From Entomortierella parvispora E1425 (lineage: Eukaryota > Fungi > Mortierellomycota), in assembly GCA_020891255.1 (NCBI GenBank), contig BQFW01000005.1:868001-932000 (forward strand): 64,000 bases of DNA. The letters run 5' to 3'. The translations under genes were made by a program, and so were the position numbers. This document shows, piece by piece, positions 27,306 to 39,544 of this stretch (position 1 is its first letter; every line of letters starts with the position of its first letter). The notes beneath the pieces were generated by a model. That model was not told the origin of the DNA. It searched no databases and saw nothing but the letters and a program-made list of their open reading frames with translations.

Positions 27306-28172
27306 GGTCGAAATGTGTGTGAGTGTGTTGTTGGTGAGAGGGAGTATGGGGTGGTTGGAGAGAAAGAAGAGAAGGTTGGGAGAAGTAATGCGGAAACAAT
27401 CAATGACGCACAGTAAAGAGTGCAAGAAAATAGAAAAGGAGGGAGGTTATGGAATGTGGGCAGCGGAAAAGAGAGTGAGAGAATGAAAGAGAGGAAGAGG
27501 CGAAGGGGGGAAAGGAGGAGGGGTATGGACGGGGGGGGAAGGAGGGAAGGGAGGGGAAACGGGGAAAGAGGGGGTGGATGAAAGATGGATGTGAATTGAA
27601 GATTGGATTGATGGAGAAAGAGGAGAATGGAAGGAAGGAAGAGAGCAGAAAGGCAAAGACAAAGTGTGAGAGTGACAGACAGTGTGTGTGTGTGGAAAGA
27701 CACCAGCGGCTGTGTCGGCGCTGATTGGTCAGTCACTCCCGCACACCCCCCGCCCAAGGCGAGACCGGGCCTCTCTCCTGCGGGAGAAACGCACCCGTGC
27801 CCTGCTCTCTGTGTGTGTGCCAGCTGCCGCCCTCCGTCATCGACCCCGGCCGTGTACGTGTCTGTCTCTTGTCTCGCATATGCTGTACGTGCTGCTGTGG
27901 TCCTTGTGGTCTCTGCCCTCGCTAATTGACCGTCTCCATCGTCAATTATAGGTTCTTTCTCGATCGCGGTGCTGCCGATTTTCCTTTCCAGGAACAAAAG
28001 GCCCACGGCTTGTTTGCGTGTGCATGTTTCTTTTCTGGTCTGTTCCATTGTCCGCTGTTCATTCAATCAAGGATTCTTCTCTTCCCGCAGGAACGACTAC
28101 TTAAACGAGGACGACCTTAGAACTGCAGGCCAGACACTTTTTTCTGCTGGATTCAATCACTCTCTCAACTCC

Positions 28173-29736
28173 ATGACTACCCGGATCACTGCTCAGGCTG
28201 TGGCCCGAGTGGCCGCCAACACACGCGCCACCATTGGCGCACCACGGCTGCTCGTCCGCTCTACCCAGGTTCATCAGCGGGGCACCTCTGCCGTATATTA
28301 TTCGTCTCTTCGGAGGCCGCGGACCACGGGATCTGGAGGGCGCATCACTGCTAGGACTTCTGCTCCGTCTAGAGCTGCACAACCTCACAACAACAACAAC
28401 CCTGTAACCCCCGCAAATGGGCACTCTGCTGCGCCCATTGCCGCTGTCGGGTCAACGCTGGAGTCAGCTGCAGCAAATGCTTCCTCATCTGTGGAATCAG
28501 TCCAGGAAATCCCCAGCAACATGGTAGAAGGACTGGACATTGCTGCCACCCCCGCCGTAGTGCCCGAGGATCCTCTGGGTGTCCTTCAGCCTCACGATAC
28601 TGCTGCCAAGGTCCTCAGCCAGCCAGCGTTGATCATGACTCGCCAGATTGAAATGATGAATGGTAATCAGCCGCAGTGTCTAGTCATTGTTCGAAATCAA
28701 AATATTGCAGGAAGTCTTTAACATTTTTTTTTCTCTTTTTCGCTATAGTATTGGTGGGATTTGAGCAAGCCAATAAATATGCCATCGTGGACCCATTAGG
28801 AAACCCGATCGGTTATATTGCAGAAGAGGACACGACCATGGTCAAGACTATGAGCAGACAACTTCTCAAGACCCATCGCCCCTTCAAGGCCTCCGTTTTG
28901 GATCTGGAAGGAAACGAAATTCTCAAAATCCACCGACCTTTTGCGTTCATTAATTCAAGGATCATGATCTCAACACCCGACGACCGACTTATTGGAGAAG
29001 TTCAGCAGGAGTGGCATTTGATCCGCAGACGATACAACCTCTTCACAATCGAACACCCGGATCCATCCGAATATGCATCAGACAGCCAGACCACAGCTAT
29101 CTCGACGGATCGTAACGCGGATGGTAGGGGATTGAACCGTCAGCAGTTTGCTCACATTGATGGTGGCTTCTTAGCTCTGGATTTCGATATGCAGGACGAA
29201 CAAGGACAAAAGATGGCGAGTGTCAACAGGAACTTTGTCGGCTTCGCCCGAGAACTGTTCACTGACTCGGGTCAGTATGCTCTCCGATTCGATGCCGCTG
29301 TTCTTCAGGATTTGCAACAAGAACAGGGGCTTGGAGCCACCCCTGTCTCTACAACCACAACTTCTTCGACCCAGATGACAGAAAAGGAGAGGTCGGATGC
29401 CAAGGAACTTCAAGCCTACAAGGACGAGCGAGCGCTTGCACAACTGGAAAGTAGAGGTGGATTGACCTTGGATCAAAGGGCCATCATGTTGGCTTGTGCT
29501 GTTAGTATTGACTTTGACTACTTTTCTCGCCATTCTGGCAATGGGTAAGACATCCTAAGGAACAAACACGCTGAGTACATGTATTACACCCTATAACTGT
29601 TGGCTAACAGGAGTTAAATTTGACGCAACTTAACCGTAGCGGAATCATGCCAATCCCAATGATGATGGGTGGAGGCGGTGGACCAGCACCTGTACCGAGC
29701 AGCAGCAGTGATAACCCTGTTGGTACAGTGATCGGT

Positions 29737-29783
<47 letters not shown>

Positions 29784-30051
29784 GGTTCTTGGAGGTGCCG
29801 CTGGAGCAGATGTGGTAGGAGGAGCTGCAGGAGGAATGCCCACGCCACCTCCAATGCCATCGGCACCTGCAGAGTCTGGCGGTGTCTGGGGCGATGACAT
29901 GCCTGCAGGAGGAGCCACCAACGACTGGGGAGAAGATGTTTGGGCTGAAGATAGCAACGCACCTGCAGACGATGGCGACTCTTGGTTTGGCGGCGGCGGA
30001 TCTGGCGAAGGAGGCGGCGGTGGAGGATTCGACTGGAATGATTTGCTATAG
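28173..30051 (+). CDS. Phospholipid scramblase family protein (Aim25-like), 3 exons
   Basis: RQIEMMN|VLVGFEQANKYAI, RQLLKTHRPF, IHRPFAFINS, EWHLIRRRYNLF, LTLDQRAIMLACAVSIDFDYFSRHS; Arg/Ala/Ser-rich presequence-like N-terminus; introns keep frame. Confidence 0.88.
29737..29783 (+). repeat. (GCAGGA)n hexanucleotide repeat, about 8 units, encoding a Gly-Ala run
   Basis: Read directly from sequence, inside the last scramblase exon. Confidence 0.9.
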
Positions 30052-30367
30052 TTTAGCCACGACAACAATAAGCGGCGCGCCGCTCATCAGAATAACAAGG
30101 CGCATACCGACCCTGCGTCCTTCTATTCATAGCAACAATAGAAAAACAACCCTAGAAAGACAAAGGGCATAGCATGAACCCACAGAGTGAAGGGAGAGTG
30201 ATCTGGGCACCTTTCTGAAAAAAAGCGGTATGTCCGCCACTCCGTCAGCCATTCAGTCGGGCACGGGCGGGCCTGGGAATAAATAGCGGGTGCCTCGAGG
30301 CATCTCCTAGCGCTTTTCATTCATTCTCCTCTTTCTTTCTCTCATTCTCCCCACGCTATTCACAAAC

Positions 30368-31344
30368 ATGAGCCCCCGCATCCAGGTCTTCTCCGATTTC
30401 GACGGTACCATCAGTCTCGAGGACACGGGCTGCATCCTGATCGACTCTGGCATGGGAACTGCTAATCGCAAGGAGATGGACAAAAAGATTCTTAACCACG
30501 AAATGACCTTCCTGTAAGCTCTCATTAGTACCCTTTTTTTTTTTTGGTGGCTCCAAGCATGGTATTTTGACTCCCCTTCTTCCCTTCTCTTAGCGAGGCC
30601 ATGGATGAGTGGTGGGGTCATGTCAACCTGACTTACGCCGAGGGATTGGAACTTCTCAAGCCTGTCCAACTCGACCCTGCATTCAAGAAAGTTTACGCAT
30701 ACTTGGATTCGCAGCAGATTCCCTTTACCATCCTCTCCTGTGGGCTGGACACTGTGATCCGTGATTACCTGGGTTGGACTCTTGGCGAGAAAGAGGCTGC
30801 TCATATCAAGATCTTGGCCAACTACTGCAAGGTTGATGGCCGCAAGTGGATCGTTACTTACAGAGATGAGTCGCCTCACAGCCATGACAAGGCGGTCGCT
30901 ATTCAGGAAGCCAGGGCCGAGTTCAAGAAGGAGACCCTGGAGTCTCAAAAGAAGGACCATCACATCATAATCTTTTGTGGCGATGGTATCTCGGACTTAA
31001 GCGCAGCTCGTGAGGCCGATGTCTTGTTTGCTAGACGCGGAAGGTAAAAAAAAGGAGAGAGAGAGAGAATCTCGATCACCGTTGTCTGACTTCTTGATGA
31101 GGCAATACCTCTGGATATTAATCGCACGTCTTGTTTTTCATCTTCCAACAGGGACCTGGAAAAGTACTGCAGAACGCACAAGATCCCCTTCTTGGCTTTT
31201 GATACCTTTGACGATGTTTATGACGTTGTGCATGGATTGAACGAGGAAAAGTTTGGATTGGACCACGTTCAAGAGAAGCAGAACGCCGAGATCCGGCTCA
31301 CCAGTGAGGAGTCCAAGGAGAAGCGCCTTGCTGCTTCGGCCTAA
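30368..31344 (+). CDS. HAD-superfamily phosphatase (MtnX / yeast Pyp1-YNL010W-like), 3 exons
   Basis: Motif I VFSDFDGTISLED, ILSCGL, HDK, motif IV CGDGISDLSAAREADVLFAR; in-frame introns after 30513 and 31043. Confidence 0.88.
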
Positions 31345-31636
31345 TCCAGCCCATAGATCTACACCATACCCCCTATGCACTTAGACCTTTTGACCTTGCG
31401 CACTTTTTGACCATGCGAACTGTTTGATTTGATGAAGCACACAACATGATAGACCAAAAGAAAAAAAATAAAGACATACAGACATACAGACACACAATCC
31501 TCACAAAACAAAGTGGTGACACTTGGGGGGCGAAGCCGTTTGTACAAAAGAACACTAGTCTGATTGCATGGGCTGCTGGTCTCCTTTCTTTCTTTCTTTA
31601 TTTTTTTGTTTCTTTCACTTCCAAACACAAGCAAAA

Positions 31637-32689
31637 ATGTCCTCTTCGACTTCGCTCCCCATTAAGAGAAAGACCCCTACTATAGAATCATCACTACCCA
31701 CCGTCTTTGAAGTTCCAGAGCTTGCGGATGCCATATTGCAGCTTCTGCCAACAAACGCAGTCCTGGCTCTAAGACTGGTCTGCTCAGACTTCCATGATAT
31801 ATGTACACATCGGCGATGGTTCTTCAAGGACATGATCAAGTTTGCAGACACAGAGTACCTTACCCTGACGGATCAGATGACAAACGCTATGGCTCCTTGG
31901 GTTCGGTCCGTGGGATTCTTTCGATATAAGAAAGAGCAGGACAGCTTTTCGACCAGGACCCTTAGAAGATCGCGTGCTGAGGAACCAGTAAGTTGGTTGC
32001 GTCATGTCACCGCTTGGAACCAGTTGACCATCATGGAGATATCTGTCCCATGGAATGACTGGACAACTCAAATGGAACAAGCCGTTCTGGAGATTCTGGA
32101 GACCAAAGCTATGATGGCTCAAACCAACAACTCTGGTGTATTTCCTCAAGTTGTACGAACCGAGGCTGATGAGCGCTGGAAAGGAGCCAAGATACGGGTC
32201 TGGGAATGCCACAATGCCTTGGGGTTGCGAAAATTTGTGTTGCACTCCAGCCACAGCACGAACTGCGCATCCATTGAGCCACTCCTTGCTAAGATGTCTA
32301 GAGGGGTTCATCCTTCGTCGTCGCCGCCATCGTCGTTTACGCCACTCTTTGAGAGTCTGGTGTCGTTTAGATTGGGTGGGAAGCGGGAGACGAATAGAGT
32401 AAAGGTGCCTTGGTCGTCCTTGGTTCAGTTCCTGAAAACTGGCGCACCTGCACTTCAAGAACTGTCTTTGGACGCACATTATGTGACCTTGGAAACTCCT
32501 CCTAAACGAACTGGACCTGCACCTCAGACCGCCGGCGTGGATACAAAGACGGATGAGGAGGAAATGGCCCAAGACCAAAAAGATACAGATGAGAGCGAGG
32601 ACAAAGCTGCGGACATGCCAAGCACTCCTGTTTTCCTAGGTATCCAATCGTTCACCTTGCTTTCAACACATCCCATACCGTGTTTTTGA
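31637..32689 (+). CDS. F-box/LRR-like protein, 3'-truncated and fused to monooxygenase sequence
   Basis: ATG 31637; VFEVPELADAILQLLPTNAVLALRLVCSDFH F-box-like start and LRR-like segments (LQELSL). From about 32666 the sequence becomes monooxygenase exon sequence in another frame, giving TGA at 32687-32689. Confidence 0.65.
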   Translation: MSSSTSLPIKRKTPTIESSLPTVFEVPELADAILQLLPTNAVLALRLVCSDFHDICTHRRWFFKDMIKFADTEYLTLTDQMTNAMAPWVRSVGFFRYKKEQDSFSTRTLRRSRAEEPVSWLRHVTAWNQLTIMEISVPWNDWTTQMEQAVLEILETKAMMAQTNNSGVFPQVVRTEADERWKGAKIRVWECHNALGLRKFVLHSSHSTNCASIEPLLAKMSRGVHPSSSPPSSFTPLFESLVSFRLGGKRETNRVKVPWSSLVQFLKTGAPALQELSLDAHYVTLETPPKRTGPAPQTAGVDTKTDEEEMAQDQKDTDESEDKAADMPSTPVFLGIQSFTLLSTHPIPCF

Positions 32690-34509
32690 GCGAGCAGCCG
32701 AGGTCAAGCCTCTTGGTAAGGAAAAGGAGGCACGCTAAACCAAAGAGCTTCACAAAGATTCACATTTCCAGCGCTGCTCTTCTTCTAGGCTCCGTTCTTT
32801 CTCTGGGACCTACCATCTTGCCAGCGCTGGAGCAGCTCGGGCTACTGGAGGATATTCAAAAGATATCCCTGACTTGTCCTGGCGTGTCTCTTCTTGACCA
32901 GAATATGAAGAGACTCGGCGACGTCAAAATCAAAGGAGAGAAGGATCTGTAACTGCCTGTTTTTGCTTTTTTATCAAAGATGAAAAGTGGTGTTAGGATC
33001 CTAGTACCTCGGATAACTCATGTGTACATTCTCTCCTTTCTGAGATTAGTTCTGGATATGATAGTGTGGTCTTTGCTCGTCGGGATTTCCATGCTCTGTT
33101 GCTTGGTCAAGTTCCCCCAGAGAACATCAGCTTTAACAAGAAGGTGCTCAAGACTACAGAGGAAGACGGGAAAGTCACCATCCACATGAGCGACAACACT
33201 GCCTACGAATGCGATATTGTTGTAGGCGCCGATGGTACCTATAGCAGTGTGAGGCAGGCCATGTTCAAAAAGCTATCCGAAAAGGGAATGCTGCCAAAGT
33301 CAGACGCAAAGGAATTGGTAGCAGGATACACATATACCTGCGGTGTCAGTGCTCCCCTGGATCCTGAGAAATACCCGCAACTGGAGGATGACGACTGTCA
33401 CTTTGATTCTGTTATTGGGGGGTTGCGGCACTCGGTGAGTGGAGTTACTGCATTGATTGCACAGGACAGATGTTGTCTATTGCTCCTGGATCACTGACCT
33501 TGTTTTCCCCTAAATACGTGTCAGTGGAATGTCATCAAAGTGCCAGGCAATAGAGTCTGCTGGGGTCTCGGTGTCCAGTTTGAGAACCCAGAGGAATCTC
33601 GGAAACAAATGTTCAGGAACTCTGAGTGGTCACCGGATACTAACAACTCTGTGATCGACGAGTTCAGCCCCTTTCCCTCTCCGTATGGTCATACAATGGG
33701 AGATCTGATTAAAGCCACACCTAAGGACCAGATCTCGAGAGTCTTTCTTGAATACAAGATGTTTAAGACCTGGCACCATGGACGATCGGTTCTCATTGGC
33801 GATGGTGAGCGAACACGACTTTACCGCAAACCTATCTCTTGAAAGAAGCCAACACTAACCGCTCAACCGCTCGTTTCCTCGTGTCCCTCCAGCCTGCCAC
33901 AAACTTTTACCAGTAAGCAAAAAAAAACTCTCTGGCACACCTGGAAGCTCCACTGGCAACATGATATTGAATCATGCTGACTTTGTTTTTTCCGCTTTGT
34001 CAATAGGCTTATGGACAGGGGGCTGTCAATGCAATGCAAGGTAAAAATATACGTGGCTAGCCCCAACTTCCAATGCCAGATATCCCATATTTATTCACGC
34101 AACTTTCCTTATTATATTTAAACACACAGACAGCGTCATCCTCGCCAACTGCTTATACGATCTGGAGGACTGTTCTCAGGAAAGCATCACCGCATGTTTC
34201 CAAAGCTACTATGTGCAACGATTTCCTCGTGCCAAAGAAGCCTACGAAATGAGCAAGGTCGTGAGCAAGGTCACCAACGGTCAGAAATGGCACGAACGTC
34301 TTATCCGATGGATCCTCTTCAACTTACCCGACTCATTCCAGCAACGAACTCAGGTCAAAAAGAACGTATACAGGCCACAGGCAAGCTTTTTACCTTTGGT
34401 CCCCAACAGAGGCACAGGAAAGGTGCTACCACAGGTGCCCTCAAAGCGATATCAGAAAGAGCAGGAGGCATTGAAAAAAGTTTCTGCACCGAGAGCAGTC
34501 GTGGTTTGA
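32666..34509 (+). pseudogene. FAD-dependent monooxygenase (group A, FAD_binding_3) copy 1, lacking exon 1 and the GxGxxG motif
   Basis: Starts at HIPYRVFERAAEVKPLG; exons encode VVGADGTYS, VLIGD|ACHKLLP|AYGQGAVNAMQ|DSVILANCLY, YRPQASFLP. Splice sites match copy 2 but no start exon is present. Confidence 0.7.
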
Positions 34510-34956
34510 GAAAGACATAGTAGGTTGCGACGATCAGAGAGACGTTCAAACACATAGAATAAAACTGATAGGATAAGCCGTACTTACTGCAAATAAAGTC
34601 TCTCAAGGTTCAAAGGTGCTTCACGTCAGCGTCTTCTTTGACATGTCGATAAAGTTGGGCAGTCCTTTGGGCATTGGGCGTGTCCCGCGTGGGCTCAAGG
34701 ATTATTTTTTTTTTTGTTTGTTTCCTTCCTTCCTTCCAGAGGGTTGCTGCAGCGGGCGTTGTGTCCCGCTGCATTATATTAGTTGGACACAAATGAACTT
34801 GACCTCTTGGTCACACAGAACAGACCCATCGCCCATCGATCCGAACCAAAGCCGCACAACGATGTCCCGTTCCTGATTTTTCCCTCTTTCTTCCTTTCCA
34901 AATTACAAAAAGCCAACTCTCTTCCCACTCTTCCCTCCTTCTTGGTAGCCGACATC

Positions 34957-37013
34957 ATGACCGACTCCAACCCCAAGCCCCAACCCGTGGTGTTCATCAT
35001 TGGTGCAGGCCTAAGGTAATACACCGTCATATCTCGATGACAACAAGCAGCGGCCCAAAATAGCACAGCGCTGATCTTTGTTTTACTTTTATCTCCACAG
35101 CGGTTTGCTTTTGGCCGCACTTCTGGAGAAGACACACATCCCATACCGTGTGTTTGAACGAGCATCAACCGTCAAGCCTCTTGGTAACCCACCGATATCC
35201 GATGTTTTCTTGGGAGTTGACTGGAAGGCCTTTAAACTAATAGAACGCTCTCTTTCCTACCGTCAGGTTCTGTCTTGTCGCTAAGTCCACCCATCTTGCG
35301 TGCACTGGACCAATTGGGCTTGATGGATGAGCTGAAAAAGATCTCGATGCCCTGCGCAGAATTGACCATTGTCGATGCCAACTTGAAGACCATTGGTGTC
35401 GTTAGTCCAGGAAAGAACGACAAGGCCATGTAAGAGATCCCTTCTTGTATCTTCGTAAGATCACAGCCCGGGTGCGTTTTTATAACACAGGAGATCTCTT
35501 TTTTTTTGTTTTGTCAAACACAGCTCTGGATATGACAGCATCACGTTTGCACGTCCCGATCTGTACGACCTGATGCTTCGCCAGGTCCCTGCAGAGAACA
35601 TTACTTTTGGAAAGAAAGTGCTCAAAGTGACGGAGGAAGACGACAAGGTGACCATTCACCTGAGCGACAACACTGCGTATGAGTGTGATATTCTGGTGGG
35701 CGCAGATGGATCCTACAGCGCGGTGAGACAGTCTATGTACAGGGTCATGTCAGATCTTGGAACCCTCCCTAAGGCTGATGGAGAGGAGCTTGTTGCTGGC
35801 TATAGTATGACCGTTGGAACCACCCAGCCCTTGGACCCTGAGAAGTACCCTCAACTGAAGGACAATAGTTGCCACTTTGTGTCTGTCATTGGGGGCGACA
35901 GATACAGCGTAAGTCAGAGCAAAGTGGAGGAAAATGTGATGGATAGATATTTTAGTTGTCTAAACCCGCCGCCCCTTCGATCTTCTTAGTACAACTGCAT
36001 CATTGTACCCGGTCAACGCGTGTGCTGGTCCCTCAGTATCCAGTTTGAAAGTCCCGAGGAGTCTCGCAAGGAGCTTTTCAGAAACTCGGAATGGAAGTCT
36101 GATCAGATCAACCCAATGACCGACGTCTTTAGTTCATTCCCTTCGCCTTATGGCGGTAAAATGGGGGACCTCATCGAGGCCACACCAAAGGAACTGATCT
36201 CCAGAGTCTACTCGGAATACAAAATGTTCAAGACGTGGTTCCATGGACGATCAGTTCTCATTGGGGATGGTAAGTCTAGACTCTAGACACGATTCTTTTT
36301 TCTTTCTTTTTTTTTTTTTTTCTTTTTGATGCCAATACAGAGAAAGGTGACTAACAATGGTCAATGCAAACGACATCCACTCTGCTACTCTAGCTTGCCA
36401 CAAGATGTTGCCGGTATGGAAGACAAAAGTTTAGCTCTGTTCTCGAAACTAATATCCATCGCAACTATTACAAGATCTAACCTCATTTTCACCATTCGTT
36501 AGGCCGCAGGACAGGGCGCCGTTAACGCAATGCAGGGTAAGAGTGGTTGTAGGCAGCCCCAATTTCCAATTTCCATTGCCAGATATCCATGTATTCACAC
36601 ACAAATTACCTCATTACACACACATACACACAGATTCAGTTATCCTCGCCAATTGCCTATACGACATTGAAGACAATACGCAAAAGAGCATTACGGAAGC
36701 ATTCCAGAGTTATTACGACCAACGATACGAACTTGCCAAAGCTGCGTATGATATGAGTGGCATGCTCGCCAAGATCACCAAGGGCCAAAAGTGGCATGAA
36801 CGCCTTGTCCGCACCTTCATGTTCAACCTGCCAGAATCGATCCAGGCGGCCTCTCAGGCCAAGCGATGTATGTACCGTCCCCAAGCTACCTTTTTGCCTA
36901 TTGTCCCTCTCCGTGGCACAGGAGCTGTTCTCCCACAGCCACCGTCCAAAAGATACCAAAGAGAACAAGAAGTCCTTCAGAAGAAATCAGATACGGATAT
37001 AGTTGCGGTTTAA
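34957..37013 (+). CDS. FAD-dependent monooxygenase (group A) copy 2, apparently intact
   Basis: MTDSNPKPQPVVFIIGAGL|SGLLLAALLE, LVGADGSYS, VLIGD|ACHKMLP|AAGQGAVNAMQ|DSVILANCLY, YRPQATFLP; TAA 37011-37013. Confidence 0.92.
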
Positions 37014-37166
37014 GGGAAAAAAAAAAAAAAGTGAGCCAAACGAGGCTCCAAACACGACTTCGAAGTCTGAAACGTAGAAAATAACCATGTCAATAACGTA
37101 CCAACATGTGTGGTATGACCAACAGCAACTCGTGCAACCTGACTGTTGTGTCCATCTTTATTGTTT

Positions 37167-38990
37167 TCAAGCTGCCACAGACCTTTTCATCTCCTCCTCT
37201 TGCTCTCTTTGATATCTTTTGGATGGGAGCTGGGGCAGAACAGAGCCAGTGCCCTGAAATGGAACCCTGGGCAAGAACGTGATCTGGGGACGATACGAGG
37301 AGATCGCCTTGAACTGGAGTTGCTGAATGGACTCGGGCAAGTAGTTGAAGAGAACGGTACGCACCAACCGATCAGTCCAGGTCGCTCCTGCAAAAACTTT
37401 GGCTGCTAGCACGCTGTCATCGTATCTAGCCTTGGCATGTTTGTATCTAGGGTCACGGTACAGCAAGGTGTTAACATGAAGATCTCACATTCTAGGGCTG
37501 ATGTAGACGCGTTTTGAAGATTACAGTACCTTTGCTCATAATAGCTCTGGAAAGCGGCGGTGATACTCTTTTGCGAGTTGTCTTCCAGATCATACAAGCA
37601 ATTCGCCAAGATGATACTATCCTGAATGGCATTGATTGCACCTAACAAATTTGAAGGGTTAACAACTTGGTTCAAACGACCAACCATTACACTCTGATCA
37701 AGAAGAGTTTACAAACCTTGACCGCCAGCCATTAGCAGCTTATGACAAGCTAGAGCATCAGACAAAAAACGATTTGGATCAGCCGCTACCCGGTTGAAAT
37801 GAGGGATAGCCAACATCTTTCCTCTTACCATCACCCAAAAGCACAGATCGGGCATGGTGCCATGTCTGGAAAATTTTGTGCTGAAGATACACTTTGGAAA
37901 TAGAGTCCTTGGGAGTCTCGTCGATCAAGTTTCCAATTGTCCCATTGTATGGACAGGGAAAGTCCCGGAACTCCTTGATCATAGACTCAAGTGCTTCTGG
38001 ACTCCACTCGGCGTTTTCAAACATTTGCTTTTTGGCCTCTGCTACGTTTGGAAACTGGATTGAAAGGCTCCATGCAATCTGCTTGGAGGGCAAACACCAC
38101 ACCGCGCACTGGAGCACGTATGAGGAGACCCGTCACTGTACATTAGTTCATGTTGATACCAACAAGATCGTTTCTCAACACCAGACACTGCTTACCCCAT
38201 GTGAAGATCCTGCTACAACGACTTCAAAGTGGCAGTGATCAAGCTCTTTCAGCTGGGGGTACTTTTCCGGATCCATGGGCCTGGTAATACCAACCATCCC
38301 AGTGAATCCTGGCACAAGATCTTCACTATCAGCCTTGGGCAGGATGCCTTGGTCCGCCATTTTCTTGTACATACATTCCCGAATACTGCTGTAAGCCCCA
38401 TCAGCGCCTACGACAATGTGTCCGACATGGGACGAGCCATCGGCACAATGAATAGTCACGCCGTCGGCACCTTCATCAATTCTGACTACCTTCTTGCTCA
38501 TTGAAATCTTCTCAGGCGGGATTTGTCGGACCATGAGTTCATGCAAGTCATGGCGAGCAAACAGTCGTGTTGCGTAACCAGCGCTAGAACATCAAAATAT
38601 AGACAGTGTCAAACAAAGCAGTTTTCACCCTTGACTGGATTTCATGGTTGTCAAGCTTGTTACATCTTTGCCTCATCCTTCATTTGGACTGTCGCTAGTT
38701 TTTCCATCTTCTCGTTCTTTAGCTCAATACACTTCATGTCGATAGAAAAGTCCCAGATATCCTTGAGGATCCCCAGTTGTTCAAACGCGTAAAAGACGGT
38801 GCTTCCAAGCGCCAGTGCGGATCCTACAACGCGCAAGAAGGAGGAGAAGACACAGTATGAGTTACGGTTGCTTCTATAGAATCAAAAGAGGCAAATCGAC
38901 TGTGGGATGCCCTTTTTCTTTATCCTCTTTTTTTTTTTTTTTTTTTTTTTGGCATACCGAGGGGTTTGATTTTGGCTGCTCGTTCAGATA
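37167..38990 (-). CDS. FAD-dependent monooxygenase (group A) copy 3; 5' exon not identifiable, possibly a pseudogene
   Basis: Recognisable from ERAAKIKPLG|SALALG onward; IVVGADGAYS, VLLGD, GAINAIQ|DSIILANCLY, YRPQITFLP; TGA 37167-37169. No GxGxxG-encoding exon found in 38990-39500. Confidence 0.7.
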
Positions 38991-39468
38991 AAGAGAAGGG
39001 GTCCGAATGGGAAGTGATCTTTGTCAATTGAGGGGGTACGGGAGAAAGAAGTTTTTTTGCGACAGATTTCATGACTTTTAAGGATGGAACATTCAGGGCT
39101 CTGACAAAAACAAGGCTAATATCGGGATGCTCTCTTTGGCTTTGGACGGAAAATATCGCGCCTGCAGAGACAGGCGTCATCTTGGAGAAACAGAGATGAC
39201 TGCGCACAGGGCTTAGGCGCTCGCTGGGCGTACCGAGGGAGCCCCAGGCGACACGTCGTTGGCACGAAAGATCGCCGGAAGACACGATTCGAGAAGCAAG
39301 CAAAATGGCGGTCAAGACCAGTGCCTGTTGGACGAGGACAAATGGCCGTGTATCCTGCGCTCCACAACTGTCAGCATCTCCCCACGATGTGCAGTTGCAG
39401 TGGAGAGATCAAGTCGATTTCACCAGAGGACACATGGCCATGTGGGTGCACCGTGCACAGGACAAAGT

Positions 39469-39501
<33 letters not shown>

Positions 39502-39544
39502 GACCATTCCCACACCCACACCTCATCTGTCGTTCTTTCTTACA

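Noticed and set aside
27026-28066. 346-aa minus-strand ORF upstream of the Edc1-like gene
   Set aside because: Runs through a CT/GA-rich promoter region and gives L/S/P/F low-complexity translation with a non-ATG start.
39468-39500. Poly-A tract of about 33 nt extending the F-box ORF to 39305 (poly-Lys)
   Set aside because: Promoter homopolymer; the F-box motif begins at ATG 39545. Other poly-K or poly-F ORFs in the track likewise come from intronic or intergenic homopolymers.
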